Notes: generated by a model not told the origin, from the letters alone. 32,000 nucleotides of DNA from Vulcanisaeta distributa DSM 14429 (GCF_000148385.1 NC_014537.1:780001-812000); one strand, 5' to 3'; positions 1-8,861 are shown, counted from the stretch's first letter. Numbers and translations are program-made.

Positions 1-21
1 AACCTATCCTAATTTATTATA

Positions 22-861
22 ATGTATATGCAATTACCACTTCATGTGTTGCTTCAAGTAGGTACGATAGTGCTGGCGATAGTCCTCACGATAATACTAC
101 TAATAATAGTCATATCGATACTCGCATACTCCATTAGAATAGTTCCTGAGTACCAAAGGATCGTTAAGCTAAGGCTTGGCAAGTATAAGGGTATTTACGG
201 ACCTGGTATCGTCTTTATAATACCCGTTATTGATAGGCCAATAACGATGGATCTTAGGGTTATTTCGATTGACTTATCAAGCCAAAGAGCCCTGACTAAG
301 GATAATGTTGAGGTTACGATAGACGCCGCAGTCTACATGAGGGTCATTGATGCCGCCAAGGCCGTGCTTTCAGTGACTGATTATAGAAGTGCCACGGCTA
401 CGCTCGGCGCGGCCGTTTTGAGGGATGTCATTGGCATGGTTGACCTGGACACACTGCTCACGCAGAGGGAGGAGGTCGCTAAGAAGATTGCCTCGATAAT
501 TGACGAGCACGTTAGTCCATGGGGCGTTAAAGTAACGGCGGTCGCAATAAAGGACATAAAGTTACCGGACACCCTGATTAGGGCCATGGCTGCTCAGGCA
601 GAAGCTGAGAGGATGAGGAGGGCTAAGGTTATATTGGCCCAGGCGGATTATGAGGCATCGCAGATGTATCTCAAAGCTGCCGAGACCTATAATAAGAACC
701 CAATATCATTAACGCTTAGGCAACTCGATACCCTACTTGAGGTTGCTAAGGAACATAACCTAATATTGGTTGTACCCAGTTCCCTTGAGGTAACCACATT
801 GTCAACGCTGGCAGCTGCGGCGTTAAAGAAGCAACAGGAGGGTTCAAGCGCCACGCAGTAG
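22..861 (+). CDS. SPFH/band-7 (stomatin/prohibitin-homology) membrane protein
   Basis: N-terminal hydrophobic anchor, then an SPFH core (RIVPEYQRIVKLRLGKY...DNVEVTIDAAVYMRV...) and an Ala/Glu-rich coiled tail (AMAAQAEAERMRRAKV). Stops 9 nt before its classical NfeD partner. An alternative ATG lies at 28. Confidence 0.9.
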   Translation: MYMQLPLHVLLQVGTIVLAIVLTIILLIIVISILAYSIRIVPEYQRIVKLRLGKYKGIYGPGIVFIIPVIDRPITMDLRVISIDLSSQRALTKDNVEVTIDAAVYMRVIDAAKAVLSVTDYRSATATLGAAVLRDVIGMVDLDTLLTQREEVAKKIASIIDEHVSPWGVKVTAVAIKDIKLPDTLIRAMAAQAEAERMRRAKVILAQADYEASQMYLKAAETYNKNPISLTLRQLDTLLEVAKEHNLILVVPSSLEVTTLSTLAAAALKKQQEGSSATQ

Positions 862-870
862 TGAGCCACC

Positions 871-2205
871 ATGAAGCTAAGGCATGGGTTAGCAATCCTA
901 TTAATTATTGCTGCATTATTAATGGCAATATTAACACGCATGTCAATCGCTGGTTCTAGCGCGTACGTGATTCATGAGGTGTACGTGTTCAACCTTAATG
1001 GCGAAATAACCGACTTAACATATGAGGAATTACAAAATGCACTGCAGCTTGCGGAGTCAACCCCTAACTCGGCATTATTAATAATCCTGGAAACGCCAGG
1101 TGGGGAGTTAGATGCGGCATTAAATATAGTGTCGAGTATTGAAAATGCGAAGATACCGGTAATAGGCTTTGTCTACCCCACAGGTTCATACGCATGGTCT
1201 GCAGGGACACTCGTCCTTATGTCAACCACGATAGCCGCCATGGCGCCAGGCACGGTAATAGGCTCCTGCCAACCCGTCGAGATAAACCCAATAACTGGTC
1301 AAGAGATATTCATAAATGAGAGTAAGATACTCAATGCAATTAGTCAGTACTTCGTGGAGGTTGCTGAGTTTAGGGGTAGAAATGCAACCTTCGCCCACGA
1401 CTGTGTGTTTTATAATACGAACCTTGGTCCTGAGGAGGCGCTTAAGTACAATGTTATAAACTTCGTAGCCACTGACATAAGTTCGCTGCTTAGTGAGGTG
1501 AATGGTAGCACGATAAATGGTGTTACGTACTACGTGATTAACCCCACTATTACCTATTACCAACCAGGCATTGGTTATCAGGTTTATGAGGCTTTGATTA
1601 ACCCCACAATACAGGACCTACTGGCTGGGTTAGGGCTTCTACTTGCCATTATCGGCTTCGCCACTAGGCATTATTACTTGGCTGGGGTTGGCATTATACT
1701 GATGATTATACCCATGCTAACGGGATTATCCATTAACTGGCTCGGCCTGGCATTACTGATTATTGGTTTAGCGGCAATAGCCATTGACGTACACGCGGGT
1801 TTCACGACGCACGCAGCATTATTCATAGCGGGTATAATACTCACGGCGTTAGGCATCATACTTCTCCAACCAACATATACTCCCCAGTCTTGGTTGATAG
1901 CCGCAAACCAGGTTGAGGCTAGGGTAGTCCTGTACACATTGATAGCCTTTGTTGGTGGGTTTGGCGGTTTCATAGCAGCTAAGGTAATAGGCATAATAAG
2001 GGCTAAGCCGCTCTCGGAAAGACTTTATTGGCCTGTCAATGATGTTGGGGTTGCGGTTGATGATATTAATAAGGGTGAGGTTGGTTATGTGAGGGTTAGG
2101 GGTGAGTATTGGAGGGCTAAGGCTATCGAGAGTGTCAAAAGGGGTTCTAGGGTTCTCATTGTTGGTGTTGATGGCGACACGTTACTTGTGAAGCCCACCA
2201 GTTAG
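871..2205 (+). CDS. NfeD-type membrane-bound ClpP-class serine protease (stomatin operon partner)
   Basis: N-terminal ClpP-like protease domain (LLIILETPGGELDAAL...SYAWSAGTLVLMS), a central block of TM helices, and a C-terminal NfeD OB-fold (GEVGYVRVRGEYWRAKA...RVLIVGVDGDTLLVKP). Same architecture as the Pyrococcus stomatin-specific protease. Confidence 0.85.
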   Translation: MKLRHGLAILLIIAALLMAILTRMSIAGSSAYVIHEVYVFNLNGEITDLTYEELQNALQLAESTPNSALLIILETPGGELDAALNIVSSIENAKIPVIGFVYPTGSYAWSAGTLVLMSTTIAAMAPGTVIGSCQPVEINPITGQEIFINESKILNAISQYFVEVAEFRGRNATFAHDCVFYNTNLGPEEALKYNVINFVATDISSLLSEVNGSTINGVTYYVINPTITYYQPGIGYQVYEALINPTIQDLLAGLGLLLAIIGFATRHYYLAGVGIILMIIPMLTGLSINWLGLALLIIGLAAIAIDVHAGFTTHAALFIAGIILTALGIILLQPTYTPQSWLIAANQVEARVVLYTLIAFVGGFGGFIAAKVIGIIRAKPLSERLYWPVNDVGVAVDDINKGEVGYVRVRGEYWRAKAIESVKRGSRVLIVGVDGDTLLVKPTS

Positions 2206-2242
2206 TTACGTTTATTAAGCCAGTATCAATAATCAACAGGTA

Positions 2243-2974
2243 ATGGCGATTAAGTATGACGTTAGGCCAAGGCTTGGCATTAGGTTTTCATTACCTGTGA
2301 ATATAATAATGTTCATAGGGTTCTTGATAATTTCGCCCTTGCTTCTATTTCTATTCCTAGTCCTAATCACCATCGGCATTCAGCCATTACTTGCACTAAC
2401 ACTAACATTGGGTTCCCTATTGATGAGTTATATCAACGTGGTTGTTGCTGAGGTCACTTACTACGTCCCATTTAACCCATTCATGGATTTCATGAAGTTA
2501 TTCCCAATGCCAATCATTATACAGAGAATTGATAAGTTATTTCTTGAGGTGAATATTGGCGGTGCTGTAATACCAATAACAATATCAATATACTTGATAA
2601 GTACGTACCTAATTCACGACGTATTAATACTAGCGTCATTCATAGTGTCGTTAATAATATCATCATTAGTAATATGGCAGAGCGCCAGGTTGATACCTGG
2701 TATTGGGATTGCGCTACCAACGGCGTTGCCAGTTCTTTTAACACTAATGTTCACCTTAATATCCACGGCAATATTCCATGCGAACCCCTTAGCCTTTTCG
2801 TATAGTCTCGGCTCATTATCAACACTACTTGGTGCGGACATTCTCAATATTAAGAAGGTTATAAGGTCGATGAGGGGTTACGTGTCAATAGGTGGTGCAG
2901 GTGTGTTTGATGGTATATACATAACGGGTCTCACATCATTAATACTGGCTTCACTTTATAAGGTCCTTCTTTAA
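2243..2974 (+). CDS. Polytopic integral membrane protein of unknown function (possibly DUF1614-like)
   Basis: Hydrophobic throughout, about 6-7 predicted TM segments. Two Gly-rich motifs: VNIGGAVIPITISIYL and SIGGAGVFDGIYITG. A TATA-like cgtttattaag sits about 27 nt upstream of the ATG. The family assignment is from memory and uncertain. Confidence 0.6.
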   Translation: MAIKYDVRPRLGIRFSLPVNIIMFIGFLIISPLLLFLFLVLITIGIQPLLALTLTLGSLLMSYINVVVAEVTYYVPFNPFMDFMKLFPMPIIIQRIDKLFLEVNIGGAVIPITISIYLISTYLIHDVLILASFIVSLIISSLVIWQSARLIPGIGIALPTALPVLLTLMFTLISTAIFHANPLAFSYSLGSLSTLLGADILNIKKVIRSMRGYVSIGGAGVFDGIYITGLTSLILASLYKVLL

Positions 2975-3015
2975 CTATGGGCAAGCTTTTAATCCCCATA
3001 AGCTAATCATTGATT

Positions 3016-3065
3016 GTGATGAGTTACAGGTCTGCGGATGGCAATGACGACGCCTTGCTGACTGA
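3016..3065 (+). ncRNA. Candidate C/D box sRNA overlapping the annotated 5' end of the HAD gene
   Basis: C box GTGATGA (3016-3022), 12-nt guide, degenerate D' CGGA (3035-3038), 5-nt spacer, C' ATGACGA (3044-3050), 11-nt guide, D box CTGA (3062-3065). TATA-like cttttaat (2986-2993) is centred about 26 nt upstream of the C box. Confidence 0.45.
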
Positions 3066-3702
3066 TGGCAGGAGAATAAGGGCTGTGATATTTGACCTGG
3101 ATGGTACTCTGGTGGATACCGTACCGCTGCATGCCCTGTCATGGATAGAAACGTGTAAGCGCCTTGGGCTTTCCATACCGACCATGGAGTATGTGGGCAC
3201 ATTAATGGGGCTTAGAGCCCTGGACATAGCCAGGAGATTGTGCGGTGAGGAAATCGCTGAAAGGGCCCTTGAGATTAAGAATGAAATATACCTATCACTG
3301 TTGAATAATGTTAAGGCCATTGATGGTGCGCCTGAGTTATTGAGGCTTCTTAAGGATAGGGGCTTCATAGTGGGTGTTGTTACGTCAAGTTCTAGGAGAG
3401 TTGCTACCAAGGTTCTTGAGGTGACGGGGCTCCATAAGTACGTAGATGCCTTAATTGCCGGGGATGATGTTAGTAGGGGTAAGCCTGACCCCGAACCATT
3501 GTTGAAAATACTTAACTTATTAGGGCTTAATGTAAATGATGTTATGGTTGTTGGTGATTCAAAGTATGATGTTGAGATGGCGTTGAATGCCGGGGTTAAG
3601 CTTGTGTTCTTCCTAGGTAATTATAGTGATCCTCGGGTAATAAGTATTAGGGGCTTGCTAGATATTATTGGGTATCTCGATCAATTCCCAATTAAGCATT
3701 AA
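3019..3702 (+). CDS. HAD-superfamily hydrolase (beta-phosphoglucomutase / phosphatase-like subfamily)
   Basis: HAD motif I VIFDLDGTLVDT, motif II VVTSS, motif III K in RGKPDPEP, motif IV VVGDSKYDVEMA. The start is ambiguous: TTG 3010 (track), ATG 3019 (TATA at -27), or GTG 3085 directly before the DxD motif if the sRNA candidate is real. Confidence 0.85.
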   Translation: MSYRSADGNDDALLTDGRRIRAVIFDLDGTLVDTVPLHALSWIETCKRLGLSIPTMEYVGTLMGLRALDIARRLCGEEIAERALEIKNEIYLSLLNNVKAIDGAPELLRLLKDRGFIVGVVTSSSRRVATKVLEVTGLHKYVDALIAGDDVSRGKPDPEPLLKILNLLGLNVNDVMVVGDSKYDVEMALNAGVKLVFFLGNYSDPRVISIRGLLDIIGYLDQFPIKH

Positions 3703-3733
3703 TTTTATTAATTTTTACCTAGCCTATATCGTA

Positions 3734-4531
3734 ATGCTAACTCTACAAATTAGTGCGATTACGATTGCGGTAATCGTAATCGTAGCAACTGCGGTAATCC
3801 TTGCCTTACTATATAGGTTAGGCTACCTTGGAGGTAGGCGTGGAGATAAGGAGCGGGGTGAAACGCTTGAGCAGGTAATTCCACAATATAAGCCGGAACA
3901 GAAGGTTCAACAAGTTCAACAGCGCCAGAGGCAGGGCTTAACAACACCACAGGAAGTGAGTGCTGGGCAGGGTAGTAGAGTATTGCTTGTTGAGAGTAGG
4001 CCTGTGGAGATTAGGCCTTTGCAAAGCCCTGAAAGGCCTATCGATATTGAGAGGATTGAAAAGCTTATCAGGGGTATTGAGAATGAGTTGGTACAGGTGC
4101 TTAAGCAGACATCCGCGGATACTGTGGACATCATTATTTCGAGAATTAACGAGTTAAAGAATTACATAAATCAATTGGAGAGGCAATGCGTGGTTCAGAA
4201 TCCACCATTTATTCAGATGGGCTATGTCCCATCAAGCCTTTCAGAATTTAAGGAACTATTTAGGGCATCTTTCGCGGGCCTTATGAAGGGTAATGATATA
4301 ATTGAGTATACAGGGGAATTGAATGTTAATGAAGAGTTAGTGAGGTCAGTTATTAACTATAACACGGATTTCATGGTGATATATAGCGGCGGTAAATACA
4401 TATATCTGATTAAGTATAATGATTATTCACTTATTTTATCAACGGAGGAGTACTTAGACTCGGTCAGTAGTGGTTTAGTTAGGTTGTTATTTAGAAGGTT
4501 CATTGATGAAGTACTTAAATCAGGGAGTTAA
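3734..4531 (+). CDS. Hypothetical signal-anchored protein with a Gln-rich linker, coiled coil and C-terminal alpha/beta domain
   Basis: ATG 3734 lies about 26 nt downstream of the AT-rich aattttattaattttt; the track ORF starts earlier at 3668. Single N-terminal TM (LTLQISAITIAVIVIVATAVILALL), then KVQQVQQRQRQ, a heptad-like IERIEKLIRGIENELVQVLK, and an unassigned C-terminal domain. Confidence 0.6.
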   Translation: MLTLQISAITIAVIVIVATAVILALLYRLGYLGGRRGDKERGETLEQVIPQYKPEQKVQQVQQRQRQGLTTPQEVSAGQGSRVLLVESRPVEIRPLQSPERPIDIERIEKLIRGIENELVQVLKQTSADTVDIIISRINELKNYINQLERQCVVQNPPFIQMGYVPSSLSEFKELFRASFAGLMKGNDIIEYTGELNVNEELVRSVINYNTDFMVIYSGGKYIYLIKYNDYSLILSTEEYLDSVSSGLVRLLFRRFIDEVLKSGS

Positions 4532-5213
4532 TACCCCGTAACCTACGCTTAACGGACCAGGAAAGTCTCTTAATAATTAGTTCTGGACCAGGGTAGTGCG
4601 TGATAGCATTAACGCGATTATTAAGTAAGGCCTTAAACACAGACTCCATCGTTAAATCATCAATTTCAAACACGGTATAGGTAATACCGACAAGGTCAGG
4701 TACGTGAGCATCACTATTCGCAAGACCGGGCAGGCCAAGCTCACGCGCCGTTTTAGCAGCCATCCAGTTAAATATTGGTAATGCACCAGCATTAAATACC
4801 TCCACTGCATGCCACTTGTACCTCCTTACCTTATCGCCAATGCCATGCCTCAGCATGTCGTATGGGTGGGCAGGTACTGCAACGCAGTTATTCATGGATG
4901 CCCAATCAAGCAGTTCAGGTATTGATTTTGGCACGCTATCAGTACCTGGGTACTCCCTACATAGCACCAGTACATCACCATCAATAGTCCTAACCTCATT
5001 ACCAATTATGAATATAAAGTCGTTTTTACGAAATGGGTCATTACTCTTTATGAAATCCAGAGCCTTCAGTGAGCCTTTGAACGTGTCATGATCCGTTATT
5101 GATAATATCCCTATGCCTTTATTTAAGGCGTTTATTATTACCTCCTCAGGTGTTCCCTTGCCATCGCTATATATGGTGTGCGTGTGTAAGTCAGCCCTCA
5201 TTTTTATTGGCAT
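4515..5213 (-). CDS. PHP-domain metal-dependent phosphoesterase
   Basis: N-terminal PHP signature ADLHTHTIYSDGKGTPEEV...ILSITDHDT, and later His/Asp ligands (VPAHPYD, NSDAH). Its 5' end overlaps the upstream AMMECR1 gene. Confidence 0.85.
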   Translation of the reverse strand: MPIKMRADLHTHTIYSDGKGTPEEVIINALNKGIGILSITDHDTFKGSLKALDFIKSNDPFRKNDFIFIIGNEVRTIDGDVLVLCREYPGTDSVPKSIPELLDWASMNNCVAVPAHPYDMLRHGIGDKVRRYKWHAVEVFNAGALPIFNWMAAKTARELGLPGLANSDAHVPDLVGITYTVFEIDDLTMESVFKALLNNRVNAITHYPGPELIIKRLSWSVKRRLRGINSLI

Positions 5214-5862
5214 TTTTACACCCTTTCAATTCCTCCATCAAATCCCTCTCAACGACCTCTCCGTTAGGCTCAACCTCCTTAAATATCTGCGCCTCATAAA
5301 CCAGCACCGACGTATCCTCATCAAGCCAGCAATCAGGTGGTAAAAACGCCTTCATACAACCCTCATTGAGGAATGTCATAGAATCCCAGCAATACTCAAC
5401 GGGAACCTGAGGCAGGAGAAGCCCTGAGTAATAACCCCTCTGTATGACAATACCGTGCCTACCAACCACAATCTTCTCAGGGTAACTCCTCGGATTACCA
5501 GGCTCGAGTAACTCAAGCGGGCTTAGTATTGACACTTCAAAGGTCACTTTATCCAACTCCTCAATACTCATGGGTTCAAACCTCGGATCCTCAACAGCAG
5601 CCGCTATGGCACTCCTAATAACGCCATTGACGGTATTATAAACCGCCTGCGGAAAACCAATACAACCCCTGAGCTCACCCCTTCTATCCTTACCCATGAA
5701 AACCTCTATAGTTGTGAAGACTCCATACTTATCCTTAAGCAACCTTGATGGCGTATCTGGCGGTGGCTGAATTACCTTGCCGCTACGTAGGTACTCCTCT
5801 ACGGCCCTCCTAGCCAGTCTAACCAGGAATTTACCTTCCTCAATACTGTACGGTCTGAACAT
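5191..5862 (-). CDS. AMMECR1-domain protein
   Basis: Family-defining LRGCIGFP motif, plus RSAIAAAVEDPRF and GLLLPQV. The first ATG is at 5862; the track uses GTG 5871. Confidence 0.85.
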   Translation of the reverse strand: MFRPYSIEEGKFLVRLARRAVEEYLRSGKVIQPPPDTPSRLLKDKYGVFTTIEVFMGKDRRGELRGCIGFPQAVYNTVNGVIRSAIAAAVEDPRFEPMSIEELDKVTFEVSILSPLELLEPGNPRSYPEKIVVGRHGIVIQRGYYSGLLLPQVPVEYCWDSMTFLNEGCMKAFLPPDCWLDEDTSVLVYEAQIFKEVEPNGEVVERDLMEELKGCKNANKNEG

Positions 5863-6088
5863 CACCACCACTCTTCTCTACTTTAGAGCTAAATAAATAC
5901 ACTATGCCCGTGATAACCCCTGAGAGAATTACGAGGGAGAGCATTAGAGCATCTAATGCCTTATTTGTATCGCCGATTAGGAATTGACCCTTATCCATGA
6001 AGACTGCGTAATAAATGAGTATTATGACGGTTACTATGAATAATACCGTGGCTAATACGACAGTGTACCTCATTAATCCCCAAGTCAT
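5840..6088 (-). CDS. Small two-TM membrane protein, unknown function
   Basis: 82 aa with two hydrophobic helices. Same strand as the flanking genes and overlapping them (23-nt overlap with AMMECR1). No recognisable motif. Confidence 0.5.
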   Translation of the reverse strand: MTWGLMRYTVVLATVLFIVTVIILIYYAVFMDKGQFLIGDTNKALDALMLSLVILSGVITGIVYLFSSKVEKSGGDVQTVQY

Positions 6089-6114
6089 GATGATTAAAAT
6101 ATAAAGGTTACTAC

Positions 6115-6684
6115 CTATGGGAAGCCATTACCTAATAACGTTCTTATCTTATCATTAACATTCTTAAATACATGCACATTACTCAGGAATATTAAGTGGG
6201 CTATGTACTTATTTAATTGATTAAGCATGCCAATGAGTTCATTAACCTTATTAATAGGTAAATCATCATCGAGAAGCTTAACCGCGGTTCTCTCAGCCTC
6301 CCTAGCCTTAACCCTGAGTAGGTTTAGTAATGCCGTAGTCCTATCGCTGGGTATAAACCAACCCAACTCTTTGCTATCCAACTCGCATGCTTTGTTAATT
6401 ACCTCCTTAACGGGCCTAAGCCAATGATCATCCCCAGTGGCCAAGTACGTATTTAATGCTGCAGTCATGGCAGCAATAACCCTAAACTCATCACTACCAA
6501 TCTCCTGAAGACCCCACTCGGCTAATGCCTCGAGTTCGTCAAGCCTGCCCATGAGCTCGATGGCTGGGTGATCCTTCCTAAGTCTAACGTGCCTGCCAAA
6601 TACTATTACCTCACTGAATCCACCATCTCCTGGACACCTTATTGAACCATCAATCCTCAGGCAATCGACGAACACATTAGTCAT
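6115..6684 (-). CDS. PduO-type ATP:cob(I)alamin adenosyltransferase-family protein (divergent)
   Basis: Matches the PduO/Cob_adeno_trans pattern as I recall it: ELMGRLDELEALAEWG (G.lDEL), FIPSDRTTALLNLLRVKAREAERTAVKL (R..R.AER..V.L), and LNQLNKYIAHLIF (YLNRLSD.LF-like). Confidence 0.6.
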   Translation of the reverse strand: MTNVFVDCLRIDGSIRCPGDGGFSEVIVFGRHVRLRKDHPAIELMGRLDELEALAEWGLQEIGSDEFRVIAAMTAALNTYLATGDDHWLRPVKEVINKACELDSKELGWFIPSDRTTALLNLLRVKAREAERTAVKLLDDDLPINKVNELIGMLNQLNKYIAHLIFLSNVHVFKNVNDKIRTLLGNGFP

Positions 6685-6774
6685 AGCAAAACATGTAATT
6701 CATCATTGAGGAAATTAATATAGGTAGTACTTAATTTAATAACAAAATAATTAACAACGGTTCAGCTGGGGTGA

Positions 6775-7017
6775 GTGAAAGTGAGCTTCACATGTAGCAT
6801 ATGTGGGAGGCACGTATCATTTTGGGAGGTGGCCTACATTGGGAACTCACTTGTGATATGTAAGAGGTGCTATCCTGATTATTACGTAAAGCATTGCCCA
6901 TTAGTGAGGAGGAGATTAGCGGGTGAGTTACCGCAATCATGCAATTACTGCCTATACCGCAGTAAATGCGATGAGTACATCAAATCCTCATTGAGGAGTA
7001 GCGGTTCAATGCAGTAA
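6775..7017 (+). CDS. Small Cys-rich (8 Cys) zinc-ribbon-like protein
   Basis: CSICGRH...CKRC forms a CxxC-x18-CxxC ribbon; four more Cys follow (C41, C56, C59, C65). GTG start about 25 nt downstream of AT-rich aaaataattaac. Lies directly upstream of the flavoenzyme pair. Confidence 0.55.
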   Translation: MKVSFTCSICGRHVSFWEVAYIGNSLVICKRCYPDYYVKHCPLVRRRLAGELPQSCNYCLYRSKCDEYIKSSLRSSGSMQ

Positions 7018-7058
7018 AAAGACAAAATTTATAATTATACTAGGTCTATAGGTCGTGA

Positions 7059-8861
7059 ATGAGCAAACGGCACTGGATTGCCGAGGAGCTTAATCGTGGT
7101 AATTACGGCGTCATGCGTAGTTCAAGGTATGGCGATGTGAGGGGCTTCCTATGCTGTGAGTGGTGGTGCGAGGGTTATTGGGCATCATCTGGCTATTACA
7201 ACCTATGCGGTGAGAAGCCAATAATACTAAGTAGGCCCAATAGCATTCCCTCAATACTTAGGGGGCTTGCTAGCCCATCATCATTCCCAAGAAGTAGATT
7301 GTTAATATCGTTATGGCCATTAATACGTAACACCGTGCGCAACTCCCTAAATAGGTCCTCAATTAATGAATTACCGAGCGTTCCTGAAAAGGCGTCAAGA
7401 GTTAATATAAGCACTGACGTGCTCATCGTAGGTGGAGGTTTAGCGGGTCTCTCGGTGGCTAAGGAGTTGGGTAAGCTTGGTTTGAAGACCGTGATTGTCG
7501 AGGGCGAGTATAACCTTGGCGGTCATTTAATCATTGATGATAGTGAGATTAAGGATTTAGGTAAGGGCAGGGAATTCATTGATAAGTTAAGTAAGGAAGT
7601 GAGTGGTTCAACCACGGTACTTACTGGGACTATCTTTGATGGGTTCCTCGAGGACGCGGCAATCGGCCACTCCAGGGATTACTCGAAATTATACATTTTT
7701 AATTATAAATATATAGTACTTGCCCAGGGATTTAGGGAGGTACCACTTGTTTTTCCAGGTAATAATACACCGCGTATGATCACTGGGTTAACAACACTTA
7801 AGCTTATCAAGTGGTGGGGCTTTAAGCCAAGGAGGGTCCTGGTTTGGGGTAGTGATGATTGGGGGGTCAGGGTGGCTATGAACCTGGCACAACTGGGCAT
7901 TGATACGTACCTTGGCGATAACTCTGTTGTTGTGAGAAGTGATCTATACAGGAGTAAGGTTGAGGCATTGGGTATCAAGACCTTCATCGGGATGAACATA
8001 GTTAATGCCAAGGATTCAAGTGATGGATTGAGACTCACGCTTGAGAATATAAGAGGCAGGAAAGCAAAGAGACAGAGGAGGGAGGAGGTTGTCGTAGACG
8101 TCTTAGTGAGCGCCGTTAGGTTGCCAGTCATTGATCTACCGGCACAACTAGGCGTGCCCATTGTCTACGCGCCTGAAATTGGCGGTCTCGTACCCAGGAG
8201 GGGCTTCACGGGAGATCTTGGGCTCGGCAATGTCTACGTTGTCGGTGACGCTGGCGGATTACTTCCAGAGACCCTAATTATTAAACAGGCTAGGATAACT
8301 GCATTGAGTATAGGTGTTAAGGAGGGTTTAGTTACGGGTGATGTACTCGATAAGGAACTAGCTGAGTTTAAGAGGGATTTAGTTACTACGAATTCCTCGT
8401 ATTACAATGTAATCCTCAGATTTGAACAGGGGCTTCAGGGTAGTGGTTACTACGCCGAGCCTAACGTGATTCATGCACCCATGTGGGCGGTTGCAGGGTC
8501 TATTGAAGATGTGGAGAATGCCCTAAAAAGCGCCAATAGGCAGTACCTATGCTTCTGTGAGGATGTTACATTAAGTGATGTTTTAGGGGCGATTAAGGTG
8601 CTGATGCACGGTAAGGAGATTAAAGTTAAGGTTCTTCATGGTGAGGAGGAGGAATACAAGTCATTGAGGCTACCTGGTATGGAGAGGATAAAGAGGGTTG
8701 TTGGTCTTGGCACCGGTCCCTGCCAAGGCAAGTTCTGCCTAGTCAGTACCAACCTAATACTTAGCTTCATATACCAGAAGAAGCCCAACGAGCTTGGCTT
8801 ACCCAGGATTAGGTTCCCCGAGGCGCCTATACCAATGGCCACACTCGCAGGTGGTGAGTGA
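7059..8861 (+). CDS. FAD/NAD(P)-binding oxidoreductase, alpha-like subunit (HcnB / OoxA / sarcosine-oxidase-alpha / archaeal proline-dehydrogenase-alpha family), with an N-terminal Cys cluster and a C-terminal BFD-like [2Fe-2S] domain
   Basis: Dinucleotide fold DVLIVGGGLAGLSVAKELGKLG at about residue 130, and a second Rossmann-like RVLVWGSDDWGVRVAMNLAQLG. BFD-like CFCEDVTLSDV...GTGPCQGKFC. N-terminal RGFLCCEWWCEGYW...NLC resembles a reduced Fer2_4 Cys cluster. TATA aaaatttataatt lies about 25 nt upstream of ATG 7059. Confidence 0.8.
   Translation: MSKRHWIAEELNRGNYGVMRSSRYGDVRGFLCCEWWCEGYWASSGYYNLCGEKPIILSRPNSIPSILRGLASPSSFPRSRLLISLWPLIRNTVRNSLNRSSINELPSVPEKASRVNISTDVLIVGGGLAGLSVAKELGKLGLKTVIVEGEYNLGGHLIIDDSEIKDLGKGREFIDKLSKEVSGSTTVLTGTIFDGFLEDAAIGHSRDYSKLYIFNYKYIVLAQGFREVPLVFPGNNTPRMITGLTTLKLIKWWGFKPRRVLVWGSDDWGVRVAMNLAQLGIDTYLGDNSVVVRSDLYRSKVEALGIKTFIGMNIVNAKDSSDGLRLTLENIRGRKAKRQRREEVVVDVLVSAVRLPVIDLPAQLGVPIVYAPEIGGLVPRRGFTGDLGLGNVYVVGDAGGLLPETLIIKQARITALSIGVKEGLVTGDVLDKELAEFKRDLVTTNSSYYNVILRFEQGLQGSGYYAEPNVIHAPMWAVAGSIEDVENALKSANRQYLCFCEDVTLSDVLGAIKVLMHGKEIKVKVLHGEEEEYKSLRLPGMERIKRVVGLGTGPCQGKFCLVSTNLILSFIYQKKPNELGLPRIRFPEAPIPMATLAGGE

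Noticed and set aside
6437-6448. CCCCAGTGGCC, resembling the CCAGTGG core of crenarchaeal origin recognition boxes
   Set aside because: It is a single copy inside a coding region. There are no inverted partner boxes, no AT-rich unwinding element, and no orc1/cdc6 or whiP gene that I can identify nearby. There is no evidence for a replication origin in this window.
6657-6706. Minus-strand C box (ATGATGA) and D box (CTGA) with a plausible 39-nt spacing, upstream of and overlapping the PduO-like gene start
   Set aside because: No acceptable internal D' or C' boxes (GCTA, TAATGTG). The D-proximal half is the coding sequence MTNVFVDCL. A C box plus a CTGA at this spacing is expected by chance a few times in 64 kb of two-strand sequence.
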